DNA of 32,000 nt, taken from NCBI RefSeq assembly GCF_001457615.1, contig NZ_LN831024.1:2490001-2522000 (forward strand), in the 5' to 3' direction. The stretch's first letter is position 1, and every line of letters begins with the position of its first letter. Positions 31,587 through 32,000 of the stretch are shown here, in pieces. The position numbers and the translations under genes were made by a program. Under the pieces are notes generated by a model, which made no database searches, was not told the DNA's origin, and saw only the letters and a list, made by a program, of their open reading frames with translations. This DNA is from Pseudomonas aeruginosa (lineage in GTDB: Bacteria > Pseudomonadota > Gammaproteobacteria > Pseudomonadales > Pseudomonadaceae).

Positions 31587-32000
31587 CTGCAAACTCCAAA
31601 CTGCCCTGTTTGACCAACTCCGCCAACAGCTTACGCGCATCGTCATCGGCCAGCCATTGGCCGAGGTTTTCCAGATGCAACGCATCGGCCGAGCAGACCA
31701 GCTTCAGCAGTTCCTTGAGCTGCCCGGGCAGGAGTACGCTCTGGCCGCTGGCGAACAGCACCAGGCCGATGTCGATCTCGCTCCAGGCCAGGCGGGCGCT
31801 GGGGTTGCGCACCAGCAGCGCGCCATCCTCGAGGGCGCCGAACAGCTCCTCCTCGGGGATCTCCTCGCCGGCAACCAGTTCGGGATAGCGCGGCTCGGTC
31901 ATGAACTGGCCGAACCAAGTCAGCAGCAGGCGCTCGTCGCTCATGTGCTCCTGGATCAGGCCCTGCAGGCGCTCCAGAGCGTCGCGCTGGATCTGGTGCG
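31579..32000 (-). CDS. C-terminal part of a RoxA/YcfD-like cupin ribosomal oxygenase (5' end beyond the right edge)
   Basis: The frame stays open past the track's Met at 31944 to the window end (HQIQRDALERLQGLIQEHMSDERLLLTWFGQFMTEPRYPEL...). The C-terminal winged-helix-like segment LPGQLKELLKLVCSADALHLENLGQWLADDDARKLLAELVKQGSLEF resembles YcfD-type proteins. No catalytic region is visible. Confidence 0.6.
   Translation of the reverse strand, partial: HQIQRDALERLQGLIQEHMSDERLLLTWFGQFMTEPRYPELVAGEEIPEEELFGALEDGALLVRNPSARLAWSEIDIGLVLFASGQSVLLPGQLKELLKLVCSADALHLENLGQWLADDDARKLLAELVKQGSLEFADE

Noticed and set aside
1-32000. Search for CRISPR arrays, transposases, integrases, toxin-antitoxin pairs, prophage genes, tRNA/rRNA or a novel defence cluster
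   Set aside because: I saw none by reading the sequence and ORF track. Nearly all the window is accounted for by conserved housekeeping and metabolic genes, so claiming an exciting new system would not be supported.

Overview
This window looks like a core-genome segment of a high-GC Pseudomonas, closely resembling P. aeruginosa. The species and locus call comes from recalled gene order and protein sequence, not a database search. Left to right: (1) the 5' part of a chemoreceptor on the minus strand (tlpQ-like), cut by the window edge; (2) a plus-strand YuiF/Na+:H+ antiporter-family transporter, a second chemoreceptor (ctpM-like, single-Cache type) and an AI-2E/PerM-family membrane protein; (3) minus-strand RtcB-family RNA ligase and class I SAM methyltransferase genes; (4) the complete 13-gene complex I operon nuoA-B-CD-E-F-G-H-I-J-K-L-M-N on the minus strand, with fused nuoCD, ending at a strong intrinsic terminator; (5) a PaaI/DUF4442-like thioesterase-fold protein, a Tat-exported PhoX/DUF839-family protein and isocitrate lyase aceA; (6) a compact minus-strand cluster of a RoxA-like ribosomal oxygenase (cut by the right edge), a GNAT acetyltransferase, a small uncharacterised protein and an exported orphan secretin-N-like protein. 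I found no CRISPR array, prophage, transposon, tRNA/rRNA or defence island, and no convincing new multi-gene system. The observations most worth a second look are non-coding or small-scale: a TGTAGT-N14-ACTACA palindrome abutting a promoter-like element far upstream of aceA, which implies a leader of about 390 nt; an AT-rich island with a perfect 9-bp inverted repeat upstream of nuoA; a perfect hairpin in the unusually long nuoF-nuoG gap; a stand-alone RtcB paralogue; and the RoxA/GNAT/orphan-secretin cluster.
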